Origin: Alphaproteobacteria bacterium
GTDB lineage: Bacteria > Pseudomonadota > Alphaproteobacteria > MPNO01
Assembly: GCA_964291675.2 (NCBI GenBank)
Contig: OZ219866.1
Span: 608,001 to 672,000, forward strand
DNA length: 64,000 nucleotides
Reading direction: 5' to 3'
In this document: positions 1-9,249 of the stretch, one piece after another
Layout of the letters: every line of letters begins with the position of its first letter
Position numbering within the stretch: the stretch's first letter is position 1
The notes under the pieces: model-generated
The model's input: the letters and a program-made list of their open reading frames with translations, nothing else
What the model was told of the DNA's origin: nothing
Database searches by the model: none
Made by a program: the position numbers and the translations under genes

Positions 1-935
1 AAGTCGACCGATTCGGGGCCGCATCTGCTCTCGTCGGCGTTGTTGCCGGGATCGCCGTCCGGGTGGAAATGGCGCCAGCCGATGATGCGGCAAGTCCGGT
101 TGTCGACCGGCGTGGTCCAGCGCGTGATGCCGGCGCGCGAGTAGAGCTTGGGCTGGCGGCCGTCCTCCCAGATATGGCCCACCTGGGCGATGTTGCCGAG
201 CAGGATGTCGTTCGAGCGCACCCAGACATTGTCGCCCCAGCGCCGGGTGGTGACGTAGATCATGCCGGTCGGGGTCTCGCGGAACTCGGTCACCGGCAGC
301 TCGCCCCAGGCGTCGGCGAACTGGGAGAAGCTGATGCGCGTGTGCAGGAACACCGCATGCGCCGGGTCCATCACGTTCTCCTGCACCTGGAGCCAGTTGC
401 AGGGGTAGGTGATGTAGTAGGGGACCAGCCGGTCGTCCGGCATGGCGAACGAGTCGTAGGGCGCGAAGTCCGGCCGCTTCCCGGGCGGCCCCATATAGGC
501 GAAGACCAGCCCGTCATGCTCCTCGACCGGGTAGGCGCCGTGATAGAGCCGGTCCTTGAGCGTGCTCGCCGGCGGCTCGCCCGGCGTCTCCAGGATCCTC
601 CCGTCGGGGGCGAACAGCCAGCTATGGTAGCAGCAGCGCAGCCCCCCGGGCTCGACCACGCCGTATTCGAGCGAGGTGCCGCGATGGCTGCAATGGCGGT
701 CGAGCAGCCCCCAGTCGCCGGCCCGCGTGCGGAACAGCACCAGGTCCTCGCCGAACATGCGGACTCTCAGCGGCAGCTCGCCGACCTCGGAGGCGATCGC
801 CACGGGCTGCCAGAACCGCCTCAGATACTCGCCGCAGGCCGAGCCGCGCTCGACATGGGTGAGCTCGCAATCCTCGTCCGGCGTCGGCGGGTTGTGGTAG
901 GCGCCGTAGGGCGTGCGCAGAAAATGCTTCTGCAC
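1..935 (-). CDS. Rieske non-heme iron oxygenase alpha subunit (phthalate 4,5-dioxygenase/LigX-like); 3' end outside window
   Basis: Not in ORF track. Manual translation from GTG at 935 (RBS GAGGAGGAGG): MQKHFLRTPYGAYH...GEYLRRFWQPVA...DRHCSHRGTSLEYG...LRCCYHSWLF, i.e. Rieske CxH/CxxH motifs; frame open to the window edge. Confidence 0.9.
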   Translation of the reverse strand, partial: MQKHFLRTPYGAYHNPPTPDEDCELTHVERGSACGEYLRRFWQPVAIASEVGELPLRVRMFGEDLVLFRTRAGDWGLLDRHCSHRGTSLEYGVVEPGGLRCCYHSWLFAPDGRILETPGEPPASTLKDRLYHGAYPVEEHDGLVFAYMGPPGKRPDFAPYDSFAMPDDRLVPYYITYPCNWLQVQENVMDPAHAVFLHTRISFSQFADAWGELPVTEFRETPTGMIYVTTRRWGDNVWVRSNDILLGNIAQVGHIWEDGRQPKLYSRAGITRWTTPVDNRTCRIIGWRHFHPDGDPGNNADESRCGPESVD

Positions 936-1058
936 GGGATCAAACCTCCTCCTCGATCGCCCGGCGCGAATGCTAGAGCCAATCCGTTGCGGATGGAACC
1001 GTGCCGTCCTTCGGGCGCTACCCGAGATGAGATGTCGTGCCGTCGCCCGGTCACCCAC

Positions 1059-1103
1059 CCCTCACCCTGAGTGGCCCGCCAAAGGCCGGCGTATCGAAGG
1101 ACG
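1059..1103 (+). repeat. Palindromic intergenic repeat, family X (CCCTCAYCCTGAG-hairpin-GTATCGAAGGACG)
   Basis: Same ends as the copies at 38207-38251, 44700-44743 and 44772-44812. Confidence 0.8.
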
Positions 1104-1156
1104 ACCGAACGAAAAGAGCGCCGGAGCTCCCCGCTGCCACTCTCGAGACGATAGCA

Positions 1157-1185
1157 AATGTACCCCAAAACTCGTCCCATGTCAA
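1157..1185 (-). promoter_or_regulatory. Sigma70-type promoter, TTGACA-N17-TACATT
   Basis: Minus strand reads TTGACA TGGGACGAGTTTTGGGG TACATT; points toward the Rieske gene through a short hairpin and T-tract. Confidence 0.65.
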
Positions 1186-1228
1186 GCATTATTTTGTCCG
1201 ATATGAATAGGTTAACAATGCTGACCAT

Positions 1229-1244
1229 TGTTTCACGTGAAACA
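1229..1244. promoter_or_regulatory. parS: parS centromere-like site (ParB binding)
   Basis: Exact TGTTTCACGTGAAACA consensus within a 22-bp perfect palindrome (1226-1247) in an AT-rich intergenic stretch. Confidence 0.88.
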
Positions 1245-1364
1245 ATGTCCCGAAACGGTACAATTTCCACCGCCACCGACAGGCGGCCGCGCGGCCGCGG
1301 CAAATTGCCCGCCAAGGGCCGGGCTGCTAGCGTTCGCCGGGCGCGGCGGGGCTCGGGAGGCGGG

Positions 1365-2522
1365 ATGGAGCGGCAGCGGATCCGGTTCGGCAGCTTCCTC
1401 GCGCCGTTTCATTCGGTGCGCGAGAACCCGACGCTCGCGCTGGAGCGCGACTTGGCGCTCGTCGAGCACCTCGACCGGCTAGGCCTCGACGAGGTCTGGG
1501 TGGGCGAGCACCATTCGGGCGGCATGGAGATCGTGGCCTCGCCCGAGATCTTCATCGCCGCGGCGGCCGAGCGCACGCGGCGGATCCGGCTCGGGACCGG
1601 CGTCGTCACGCTGCCCTACCACCACCCGTTCCTGGTCGCCGAGCGCATCAACCAGCTCGACCACCAGACCAGGGGGCGGACGATGTTCGGCGTCGGCGCC
1701 GGCGCGCTGCCCTACGATGCCGACATGATGGGCATCGACGTCGCGCGCATCCGCGACATGATGACCGAGGCGCTGGATGCGATCCTGCCGCTGCTCGACG
1801 GCGAGACGGTGAGCCGCCGGACCGGCTGGTTCGAGCTCCGCGAGGCCCGGCTCCAGCTCGCCCCCTTCACCCGCCCGCGGGTCGAGCTCGCGATCCCCTC
1901 GGTGGTCTCGCCGTCGGGCCCGAGCGCCGCCGGCAGGTACGGCATGAGCCTGCTGTCGACCGCCGCCACCACGAGGGCGGCGTTCGAGGCCCTGCCGGAG
2001 ACGTGGAAGATCTGCGCCGGGGAGGCCGAGGCGCATGGCCGGATCGCGGAGCGCGCGCGCTGGCGTCTGGTCGGCCCCGTCCACGTCGCCGAGACCCGCG
2101 AACGGGCGCGCGCCAATGTCCGCTTCGGCATCCAGGAGTGGCTGCGCTACTTCGCCCAGGTCGGGCATTTGCCGCTGGACGCGACCGGCGAGGGAGATGT
2201 GGACTCCGACATCGACGCGCTGATCGAAGCGAAGATCGCGGTGATCGGCACGCCGGACGATCTCGCCGCCCAGATCGAGCGGCTGGAACGCCAGTCGGGC
2301 GGGTTCGGGGTTTTTCTCGACATGGCGCATAACTGGGCCGATTTCGCCGCCACCCAGCGCAGCTACGAGCTGATCGCGCGCTATGTCATGCCCCGTTTCG
2401 ACGGCCGCGGCGGGCGGCAGGAGGAGGCCTGGCGCTGGGCGATGGCGAAGAAGCCGGCGCTCGCCGAGCGGCGCCAGGCGGGGATCGACAGGGCGATCCG
2501 CGACCTCAATCCTCGAAAGTGA
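1365..2522 (+). CDS. LLM-class flavin-dependent monooxygenase (limonene 1,2-monooxygenase-like)
   Basis: RFGSFLAPFH, DEVWVGEHHSGG, IRLGTGVVTLPYHHP; start moved to the ATG after GGGAGG. Confidence 0.9.
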   Translation: MERQRIRFGSFLAPFHSVRENPTLALERDLALVEHLDRLGLDEVWVGEHHSGGMEIVASPEIFIAAAAERTRRIRLGTGVVTLPYHHPFLVAERINQLDHQTRGRTMFGVGAGALPYDADMMGIDVARIRDMMTEALDAILPLLDGETVSRRTGWFELREARLQLAPFTRPRVELAIPSVVSPSGPSAAGRYGMSLLSTAATTRAAFEALPETWKICAGEAEAHGRIAERARWRLVGPVHVAETRERARANVRFGIQEWLRYFAQVGHLPLDATGEGDVDSDIDALIEAKIAVIGTPDDLAAQIERLERQSGGFGVFLDMAHNWADFAATQRSYELIARYVMPRFDGRGGRQEEAWRWAMAKKPALAERRQAGIDRAIRDLNPRK

Positions 2523-3378
2523 TCTCCGCCGTCTGGGCGATGCCGCCGTCGGGGGTAAGCGCCCACAGCCGGCCCTCGCCCGGGCCGGGTCCGGGCGCGC
2601 CGTTGACGGTGAACGGCGCGCCGTCGAACAGCGGGGCGAGCGCGCGCACCGCATAGGATCTGAGCGTCGCCCCGGGCCGCGCGCGGCGGAACAGGTCCAA
2701 GAGCAGCGTGGTGATCAGATTGCCGTGCACCAGCAGCCCCGGATAGCCCTCGACCCCGGTCACGTAGTCGCGGTCGTAGTGGATGCGGTGGCTGTTCATG
2801 GTGAGCGCCGAGTAGCGGAACAGGAGCACGGTGGTGGGCTCGATCTCGCGCGACCAGACGGCCTCGATCCCGGGCGGCTCCCGCTTCGCCGGCGGCGCGC
2901 CCGCCTTGCCCGCATCGGCCGCGCGATAGACGGTCGAATGCTCCTCGTGGGTGGCGAGCCCGTCCTCGCCGAAGATCTCGTGGCGCAGGGTGACGAAGCA
3001 GAGCGCGCCGGAACGCCCGGACTTGGGCGCCACGTCGGCGACGGTGGAGACCCGCCTCGCGGTCTCGCCGACCCGGAGCGGGCGGTCGAAGCGCATCCTT
3101 GCGCCGGCCCACATGCGGCGCGGCAGGGGCACCGGGGGCATGAAGCCGCCCTTCGCCTTGTGCCCGTCCGGCCCGGTGTCGGCGAGCTTCACCACCTCCG
3201 GGAAGTAGTACCAGTGCCAGCCGGGCGGGATCGGATCGCCGTCTGCCAGCGGCGCGTCGTCGCGGTCGAAGGTGGCGGACAGGATATCGGCGGGGGCGGC
3301 GGTAATGAGCCCGGTCGCGGTCTCGCTGCGCCCGATCCAGCCGCGCGCGCGCTCCAGCGCCTCGTCGAGCCCGCTCAT
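2506..3378 (-). CDS. MaoC/hotdog hydratase (itaconyl-CoA / mesaconyl-C4-CoA hydratase-like)
   Basis: GPDGH..GGFMPPVPLPRRMWAG, LFRYSALTMNSHRIHYD, YPGLLVHG; start overlaps the upstream stop. Confidence 0.85.
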   Translation of the reverse strand: MSGLDEALERARGWIGRSETATGLITAAPADILSATFDRDDAPLADGDPIPPGWHWYYFPEVVKLADTGPDGHKAKGGFMPPVPLPRRMWAGARMRFDRPLRVGETARRVSTVADVAPKSGRSGALCFVTLRHEIFGEDGLATHEEHSTVYRAADAGKAGAPPAKREPPGIEAVWSREIEPTTVLLFRYSALTMNSHRIHYDRDYVTGVEGYPGLLVHGNLITTLLLDLFRRARPGATLRSYAVRALAPLFDGAPFTVNGAPGPGPGEGRLWALTPDGGIAQTAEITFED

Positions 3379-4511
3379 GCCGCGAACTCGCCGCGGATCG
3401 CCCCGGAATCGGCGCCCGCCTCCGGCACCGGGCCGAGCGAGCGCGCGCCGCCGTCGATCCGCGCCGGCGGGGCGACGAGGTCGATCGCGCCGCCCGGGAT
3501 GCCGATGCCCGCCCGCCTGAGCGCCGGGTGGCGTGCGAGGCCGGCGACGTCGTTGACCTCGCCGAAGGCGATCTTCGCCCGGCGCAGCCTGGCGATCAGC
3601 GCATCGCGCGCGATCGCCGTGAACACGCCGCGGACGATCGCATCGAAGGGCTCGCGGTTGTCGAGCCGGGCGATGTTGCTCTCGAAGCGCGGGTCGGCGG
3701 GGAGGTCCGGGCGCTCCAGCACCTGGGCGCAGAGGCGCACGAACTCGCGCTCGTTCTGGATCGCGATCAGGATCGGCGCGCCGTCCTGCGTCGGGTAGGC
3801 GCCGTAGGGGTGGATCGAGGGGTGGTTGAGCCCGATCCGGGGCGGGCCCCTGCCGTCGGCCTCCCAGTGCAGCAGCGGCACCGTCATCCAATCCGCCATG
3901 CCGGAGAACAGCGAGGTCTCGATGGCGCAGCCCTCGCCCGTTTCGCCGCGCGCGATCACCGCCTCGAGGGTTGCCATGTAGCTGTACATGCCGCACGCGA
4001 TGTCGCAGACCGAGACCCCGACCCGGCCCGGCCCCTCGGGCCCGCCGGTGACCGAGCACAGCCCGGACTCCGCCTGGACCAGGAGGTCGTAGGCCCGCAT
4101 GTCGGCATAGGCGCCGTCGGCGCCGTAGCCGCTGATGTCGACGGTGATCAGCCGGGGGTTGCGCGCGCGCAGGCCCGCCGAATCGAACCCCGCCCTGGCC
4201 GCCGACCCCGGGGCGAGGTTCTGGATGAACACGTCGGCCCGTTCCAGGATGCGGTAGAGCAGCGCCCGGTCGTCGGCGTCCTTGATGTCGGCGGTGAGCG
4301 ATTCCTTGCCGCGGTTGAGCCAGACGAAATAGGCGCTCTCGCCATTGGCGAACCTGTCGTAGTTGCGCGCGAAGTCGCCGCCCGCGCGCTCGATCTTGAT
4401 CACCCGGGCGCCGGCATCGGCGAGGCGCGACGAGCAATAGGGCGCCGCCACCGCCTGCTCCATCGAGAGCACCAGCAGCCCGTCGAGCGGGCGCATCGCA
4501 TCGCCCGCCAT
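3375..4511 (-). CDS. CaiB/BaiF family III CoA-transferase
   Basis: PLDGLLVLSMEQAVAAP, GARVIKIER, WLNRGKES, AYDLLVQAESG. Confidence 0.92.
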   Translation of the reverse strand: MAGDAMRPLDGLLVLSMEQAVAAPYCSSRLADAGARVIKIERAGGDFARNYDRFANGESAYFVWLNRGKESLTADIKDADDRALLYRILERADVFIQNLAPGSAARAGFDSAGLRARNPRLITVDISGYGADGAYADMRAYDLLVQAESGLCSVTGGPEGPGRVGVSVCDIACGMYSYMATLEAVIARGETGEGCAIETSLFSGMADWMTVPLLHWEADGRGPPRIGLNHPSIHPYGAYPTQDGAPILIAIQNEREFVRLCAQVLERPDLPADPRFESNIARLDNREPFDAIVRGVFTAIARDALIARLRRAKIAFGEVNDVAGLARHPALRRAGIGIPGGAIDLVAPPARIDGGARSLGPVPEAGADSGAIRGEFAA

Positions 4512-5662
4512 CAATAGGACCTGGGCAGGCCGAGCACGTGCTCGGCGATGTAGGACAGCACGAAGTTGTTGGAGATCGGCGCGATCCGGTAGAGCCGGGT
4601 CTCGCGGAACTTGCGCTCGACGTCGTACTCCTCGGCGAAGGCGTAGCCGCCATGGGTCTGCATGCACATGTCGGCCGCCTGCCAGGACGCCTCGGAGGCG
4701 AGGTACTTGGCCATGTTGGCCTGCTCGCCGCAGGGCTCGCCCGCCTCGAACAGCGCCGCCGCCCTGGCGACCATGAGGTCCGCCGCCTCGGTCTTCGCGT
4801 AGGCCTCGGCGATCGGGAACTGGACGCCCTGGTTCTGGCCGATCGCGCGGTCGAAGATGCGGCGCTCGCCGGCGTATTCGGTGGCCCTGGCGATGAACCA
4901 GCGGGCGTCGCCGATGCATTCGGCGGCGATCAGGATCCGCTCGGCGTTCATCCCGTCGATGATGTAGCGGAACCCCTCGCCCTCCTCGCCGACCAGGCTG
5001 TCGGCCGGGATGCGCAGGTTGTCGAAGAAGATCTCGGTCGTGGCGTGGTTGATCATGGTGCGGATGGGGCGGATCTCGAGCCCGTTGCCGCGCGCGGCGC
5101 GCATGTCGAGGAGGAACACCGAGAGCCCCTCGGTGCGCCGCTCGACCTCCTCCCTGGGCGTGGTGCGGGCGAGCAGGAGCATGAGGTCCGAGTGCTCGGC
5201 CCGCGAGGTCCAGACCTTCTGGCCGTTGACCACGTAGCCGTCATTGCCGTCGCGGACCGCCGTGGTCCGCAGGCTCAGCGTGTCGGTGCCGCTGGTCGGC
5301 TCTGTGACGCCGAACGCCTGGAGGCGGAGCTCGCCGGCGGCGATCTTCGGCAGATACGCCCGCTTCTGGGCCTCGCTGCCGTGCCTGAGCACGGTGCCCA
5401 TGGTGTACATCTGGGCGTGGCAGGCGCCGCCATTGCCGCCCGATTTCTGGACCTCCTCCAGGATCGCCGCAGCGGCGGAGATGCCGAGCCCGCTGCCGCC
5501 GTACTCCTCGGGGATCAGCACCGAGAGATAGCCGTGCTCGGTCAGGTCCCTGACGAACGCCGTCGGGTAGGCGCGGTCGCGGTCGAGCCCGCGCCAGTAC
5601 TCGCCCGGATAGTTGGCGCACAGCCGGGCGACGGCGTCGCGGATTTCCCGGTGGTCGTCCAT
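4511..5662 (-). CDS. Acyl-CoA dehydrogenase
   Basis: IPEEYGGSG, FGVTEPTSGTD, NGQKVWTS, QTHGGYAFAEEYDVERKFRE. Confidence 0.93.
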   Translation of the reverse strand: MDDHREIRDAVARLCANYPGEYWRGLDRDRAYPTAFVRDLTEHGYLSVLIPEEYGGSGLGISAAAAILEEVQKSGGNGGACHAQMYTMGTVLRHGSEAQKRAYLPKIAAGELRLQAFGVTEPTSGTDTLSLRTTAVRDGNDGYVVNGQKVWTSRAEHSDLMLLLARTTPREEVERRTEGLSVFLLDMRAARGNGLEIRPIRTMINHATTEIFFDNLRIPADSLVGEEGEGFRYIIDGMNAERILIAAECIGDARWFIARATEYAGERRIFDRAIGQNQGVQFPIAEAYAKTEAADLMVARAAALFEAGEPCGEQANMAKYLASEASWQAADMCMQTHGGYAFAEEYDVERKFRETRLYRIAPISNNFVLSYIAEHVLGLPRSY

Positions 5663-5770
5663 GTCTTCCCGAGCTCTCCGGCCGGCCTCGATTGCGGCCG
5701 TTTGTACGCCGACAAGCGGGCCGATCCAAGACCCGCGGCCGGCTTGAAATGCAGATATACCTCTTTATAT

Positions 5771-5794
5771 GATATCGCAACACGTCACGATATC
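5771..5794. promoter_or_regulatory. Inverted repeat, candidate TA autoregulatory operator
   Basis: GATATCG-N10-CGATATC ending 12 bp upstream of the antitoxin ATG. Confidence 0.45.
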
Positions 5795-5806
5795 GGGTAC
5801 GGGACC

Positions 5807-6037
5807 ATGCTGGTGTCGAAATGGGGCAACAGCCTCGCGGTCCGGCTGCCGAAGGCGGTGGTCGACAATCTCGACCTCAAGTCCGGCGACCGGCTGGAGA
5901 TCGTCTCCGCCACGCCCGAGCGTGTCGTGCTCGCGAAGGACCGGCGGCGGGCGCGGGCGGTCGAGCGGATGCGCGCGCGCGCGTTGACCCTGCCGGCGGG
6001 CTATGTCTTCGACCGCGACGACGCCAATATCCGGTGA
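5807..6037 (+). CDS. vapB: AbrB/MazE-fold antitoxin
   Basis: MLVSKWGNSLAVRLPK...LDLKSGD; 76 aa; GTGA overlap with the PIN gene. Confidence 0.9.
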   Translation: MLVSKWGNSLAVRLPKAVVDNLDLKSGDRLEIVSATPERVVLAKDRRRARAVERMRARALTLPAGYVFDRDDANIR

Positions 6038-6435
6038 CCGCGTTCCTCGACACCAACCTGCTGGTCTATGCGCAGTCCGCCGACCCGAAGGGCGAGATCG
6101 CGAGACAGGCGATCCTGGCCGGCGGCACGGTCAGCGTCCAGGTGATCAACGAGTTCACCGCCGTATTGCGGCGCAAGCTCCGCCTGGAGTGGCACGAGAT
6201 CGCGGACGCGGTGGCCGATGTGCGGGCCGCGCTCGATCCGGTCCGCCCGGTCGGGATCGAGACCTGGACCGCGGCGGTAGCGCTCGCCCGGCAGCACCGT
6301 TTCGGCTTCTACGACTCGCTGATCCTCGCATCCGCCCTCGAAGCCGGCTGCGACACCCTGCTGACGGAAGATATGCAGGCAGGCCGCCGCATCGAGAGCC
6401 TGACGATCGTCAACCCGTTCCAACGCGGGCCTTAG
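6034..6435 (+). CDS. vapC: PIN-domain toxin
   Basis: FLDTNLLVYA, VQVINEF, FYDSLILASA, LLTEDMQ, IVNPF. Confidence 0.92.
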   Translation: MTAFLDTNLLVYAQSADPKGEIARQAILAGGTVSVQVINEFTAVLRRKLRLEWHEIADAVADVRAALDPVRPVGIETWTAAVALARQHRFGFYDSLILASALEAGCDTLLTEDMQAGRRIESLTIVNPFQRGP

Positions 6436-6544
6436 CCCCTCGCGCGGCCCGTGTGGACACCCGTTCGAGTTCGCGGGTACCGTGGGCCGAGCGCGCGGAG
6501 GGCCGAGCGCCGCGAAGGAAACGCCGAAACAGGGAGAGACTTCC

Positions 6545-7549
6545 ATGCCAAGACTGTCGGCCGCGACAATCGCGGCAGTCTTCGTCGCGCTCGCCGCCGC
6601 CCCGGCCGGCGCGCAGGACATCCTCAAGTCCGAGACCGGCAATCCGGGCTCGACCGGTCACGCGCTGGTCGTCGTGGCGTCGAAGATCTACAAGCGGGAT
6701 CTCGGCATCGACATCCAGATCAACGACAGCCAGACGCTGACCAAGTCGGCGTTGAAGCTGGGCCGGGGGCAGATCGACCTGATGGCGATGCCGACGGCGG
6801 TCTACAAGTTCCTCGCCGCCGGCTCGCGCATGTACAAGAAGAAGCTCCACAAGCAGGCCATCGCGGCGGGCAGGAACGTGCGCGCGCTGTTCGGCTTCCA
6901 GGGCGTGGTGTTCCACCCGGTGACGTTCGACGTCGACGGCATCAAGACGTGGCAGGACATCAAGGGCAAACGGGTCTTCGTCGGCCCGCCCGCCGGCGCG
7001 GCCTCGGTGACCGTGCAGACCATGATCAGGGCGCTCACCGGCTACGAGCCGAACAAGGACTACAAGGCGATCAAGCTGAACTGGGGGTCGGGCCTGCAGG
7101 CGATGATGGACGGCAAGCTCGACCTGTTCGTTCGTCCGGTCAACCCGGGCGCGGCGATGATCGAGCAGCTCGGAATGTCGCGAAAGTTCCGCATCCTCGA
7201 CTCCGACACCACCACCGAGGCCTGGAAGAAATGGCTCAAGGGGCCGGGGCGCTTCACCGGCACGATCCCGGCCAACACCTATAGCGGCCAGGTCAACCGG
7301 GACCGGACGATCAGGGGCGGCGCGGCGACATTCTACCTGGCGGTCCACAAGGACATGCCGGACGACCGGGCCTACGGGATGACCAGGCTGTTCTGGGACA
7401 ATCTCGACGAGGTGCACAAGACATCGGTGATCCTCAAGCCGATCGCCATGAAGATGCCGTTCGTCGGCATGAACACCGCGCTGCACCCGGGCGCGGCCAG
7501 GTACTACAAGGAAATGGGCATCGCGATCCCGGCCAGGCTGCTGCCGTAG
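6545..7549 (+). CDS. TAXI-family TRAP solute receptor
   Basis: Signal peptide; DIKGKRVFVGPPAG; C-terminal LHPGAARYYKEMG. Confidence 0.88.
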   Translation: MPRLSAATIAAVFVALAAAPAGAQDILKSETGNPGSTGHALVVVASKIYKRDLGIDIQINDSQTLTKSALKLGRGQIDLMAMPTAVYKFLAAGSRMYKKKLHKQAIAAGRNVRALFGFQGVVFHPVTFDVDGIKTWQDIKGKRVFVGPPAGAASVTVQTMIRALTGYEPNKDYKAIKLNWGSGLQAMMDGKLDLFVRPVNPGAAMIEQLGMSRKFRILDSDTTTEAWKKWLKGPGRFTGTIPANTYSGQVNRDRTIRGGAATFYLAVHKDMPDDRAYGMTRLFWDNLDEVHKTSVILKPIAMKMPFVGMNTALHPGAARYYKEMGIAIPARLLP

Positions 7550-7747
7550 GGGGCGGCGGGTCGCCGGTGCCGCCCTCCCGGGCACTCCGCGGCCGCCGTC
7601 ATTTCGGCCTTGAAGCGGGAAGCGGTGCCCGATCGAGCCGGGCATCTCACCGCGCGAACCTGTGCAGGCCGTACCGCCTGCGCTCCGGCGCGTCCTGTCA
7701 CGATCTGCGTCGGCGCGACACCCGCCCACAAATTCTTGGGGACCGAT

Positions 7748-8053
7748 TTACCCGGCCGATTTCATGCACCGTCGACGGGATTTCGGCCTCGCGCCTCGCG
7801 GGAGGTTCCCCCGATAGATCGCTCCTTCCGGTATGCCGATCAGGAGAAGCGGGCAGGGGTTTCCGACGCCGCGTTCGATCCGTTCCCGCAGCTTGTTCCA
7901 GTGGGTCGTGGCGCTGCCGAACTTGTCCCGAACGAACCGCCGTGCCCATTCGTCCACGAAGTCCGCGCCGCGGGTCACGACCGCGCCGACACTGATTGCG
8001 CCCTCGCTATGGAGCCTTTGGAAGTTCTCCAGATCGCGGTCGAAGAACGGATC
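7748..8053 (-). pseudogene. C-terminal remnant of a BglII/BstYI-like restriction endonuclease
   Basis: DPFFDRDLENFQRLHSEGAISVGAVVTRG...KFGSATTHWNKL...RGVGNPCPLLLIG; no start codon or N-terminal half; overlaps the MTase 3' end out of frame. Confidence 0.7.
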
Positions 8054-8676
8054 CCCGACGCCGAATTGTGGCCGTAGGTCGGCCAATCGGGCTCGTAGCC
8101 GGCTTCGGCCTGATTGCCCCACACCGTCCAGTTGTCGCGGACTCCGCGTCCGAACAATTCCAGGTACGGCCCCCAGCTGCAGCTCTCGATCAGCTCGTAC
8201 TGCTCGTCCGGCTTGCGCGAATGCTCGCGCTTCCGGCTGGCGATCAGATTGACCTGGCGCCGCCCCGGAGGCAGCGTCCGCGCATTCTTCCCCCGGATGC
8301 CGAACAGCACCATCTCGGTGACGTTGCGGAAGTAGAACCCGACCCCGCGCCCGTCCGAGCCGCCGTCCTTTCGTATCTTGTGCCAGATCACGTTGCTCTT
8401 GTACTCGAACCCCCAGGATTCGAGCACGAGCAGGCCCTGGGGCAGCAGCGCGTTCGGAACCCAGAGATAGCAATGGGCGCGCTCTGCCATGCACTCGGCG
8501 ATCGGCAAGGCGGCGATTTCATTGACGGTCAGAGTGCCGTAGCGCGACAGGCGACGGTGTTCCGGTGCGACCTTTCCGGTCCGGTTGGTGAAACGCCAAG
8601 GCGGATCGGCGAGGACCGTCCCGAACTTTTCGCCGTTCAGGCATTCGACGAGATCGGCGGCGGGCGACCGCGACAT
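7975..8676 (-). CDS. MT-A70 family N6-adenine DNA methyltransferase (alternative in-frame start at 8967)
   Basis: VLADPPWRF, YLWVPNALL, WGFEYK, FRNVTE, EHSRKPDE, YLELFGR, WGNQ; GGAG RBS before 8676. Confidence 0.9.
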   Translation of the reverse strand: MSRSPAADLVECLNGEKFGTVLADPPWRFTNRTGKVAPEHRRLSRYGTLTVNEIAALPIAECMAERAHCYLWVPNALLPQGLLVLESWGFEYKSNVIWHKIRKDGGSDGRGVGFYFRNVTEMVLFGIRGKNARTLPPGRRQVNLIASRKREHSRKPDEQYELIESCSWGPYLELFGRGVRDNWTVWGNQAEAGYEPDWPTYGHNSASGIRSSTAIWRTSKGSIARAQSVSARS

Positions 8677-8987
8677 CGAATCTCCGGGTTCCGCCATGGC
8701 GGCCCTGAACCGCTCGGCGGCTCGGCCCTTCGTCCCCGCGACGACCGGCTTGCCCACCCCATCATGGCCGGAGAGCGCAGGACGCTCGGCCTTGGGCATG
8801 TTCTCGCGTCGCCCCCCGATACAGGTTCGATGGACCTCAAGCGGCTCCGAGAATAACCGAGGCGATTCGGGGGACCAAGCCTCTCCGATTCGATCGGGCG
8901 CGGTTCGCGCCGTCCTCCGTGCGACCTCGATGTCCCGATGGTCCCCCTTCGTACCGTTCCGTTCCATGATGGAACTTCCCCTCACCA

Positions 8988-9028
8988 GAACATAAGCGGA
9001 ACATACAGCCCGTGCGCAGGATTTGCAA
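8988..9028 (-). promoter_or_regulatory. Promoter overlapped by an alphaproteobacterial LexA (SOS) box
   Basis: Minus strand TTGCAA-N17-TATGTT; GTTC-CGCTTAT-GTTC (8988-9002) overlaps the -10. Confidence 0.65.
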
Positions 9029-9249
9029 GCATGGGTGCGATTGTCCTTCCCGAGGCGCACCGGGAGACCCGTGGACGCCCGCTTGCGCAGCGCCGCCGGT
9101 GTCCATCCCCCCCCGCCGCCCCGCACTGGCTTGTTCCGCCCTCCCTCATCTTGCAGCATGGCCGCATGAGTCGGGGCCGCGTCCGCATCGTATGCGAGAC
9201 CTTGCCGTGAACCCATGGAGGGGCATGGATACCCGGAACGACTCCGGGC

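Noticed and set aside
63-1070. 335-aa plus-strand ORF
   Set aside because: Antisense shadow of the Rieske gene on the minus strand.
4538-6037. 499-aa ORF ending in the antitoxin
   Set aside because: Antisense to the acyl-CoA dehydrogenase; the real gene starts at 5807.
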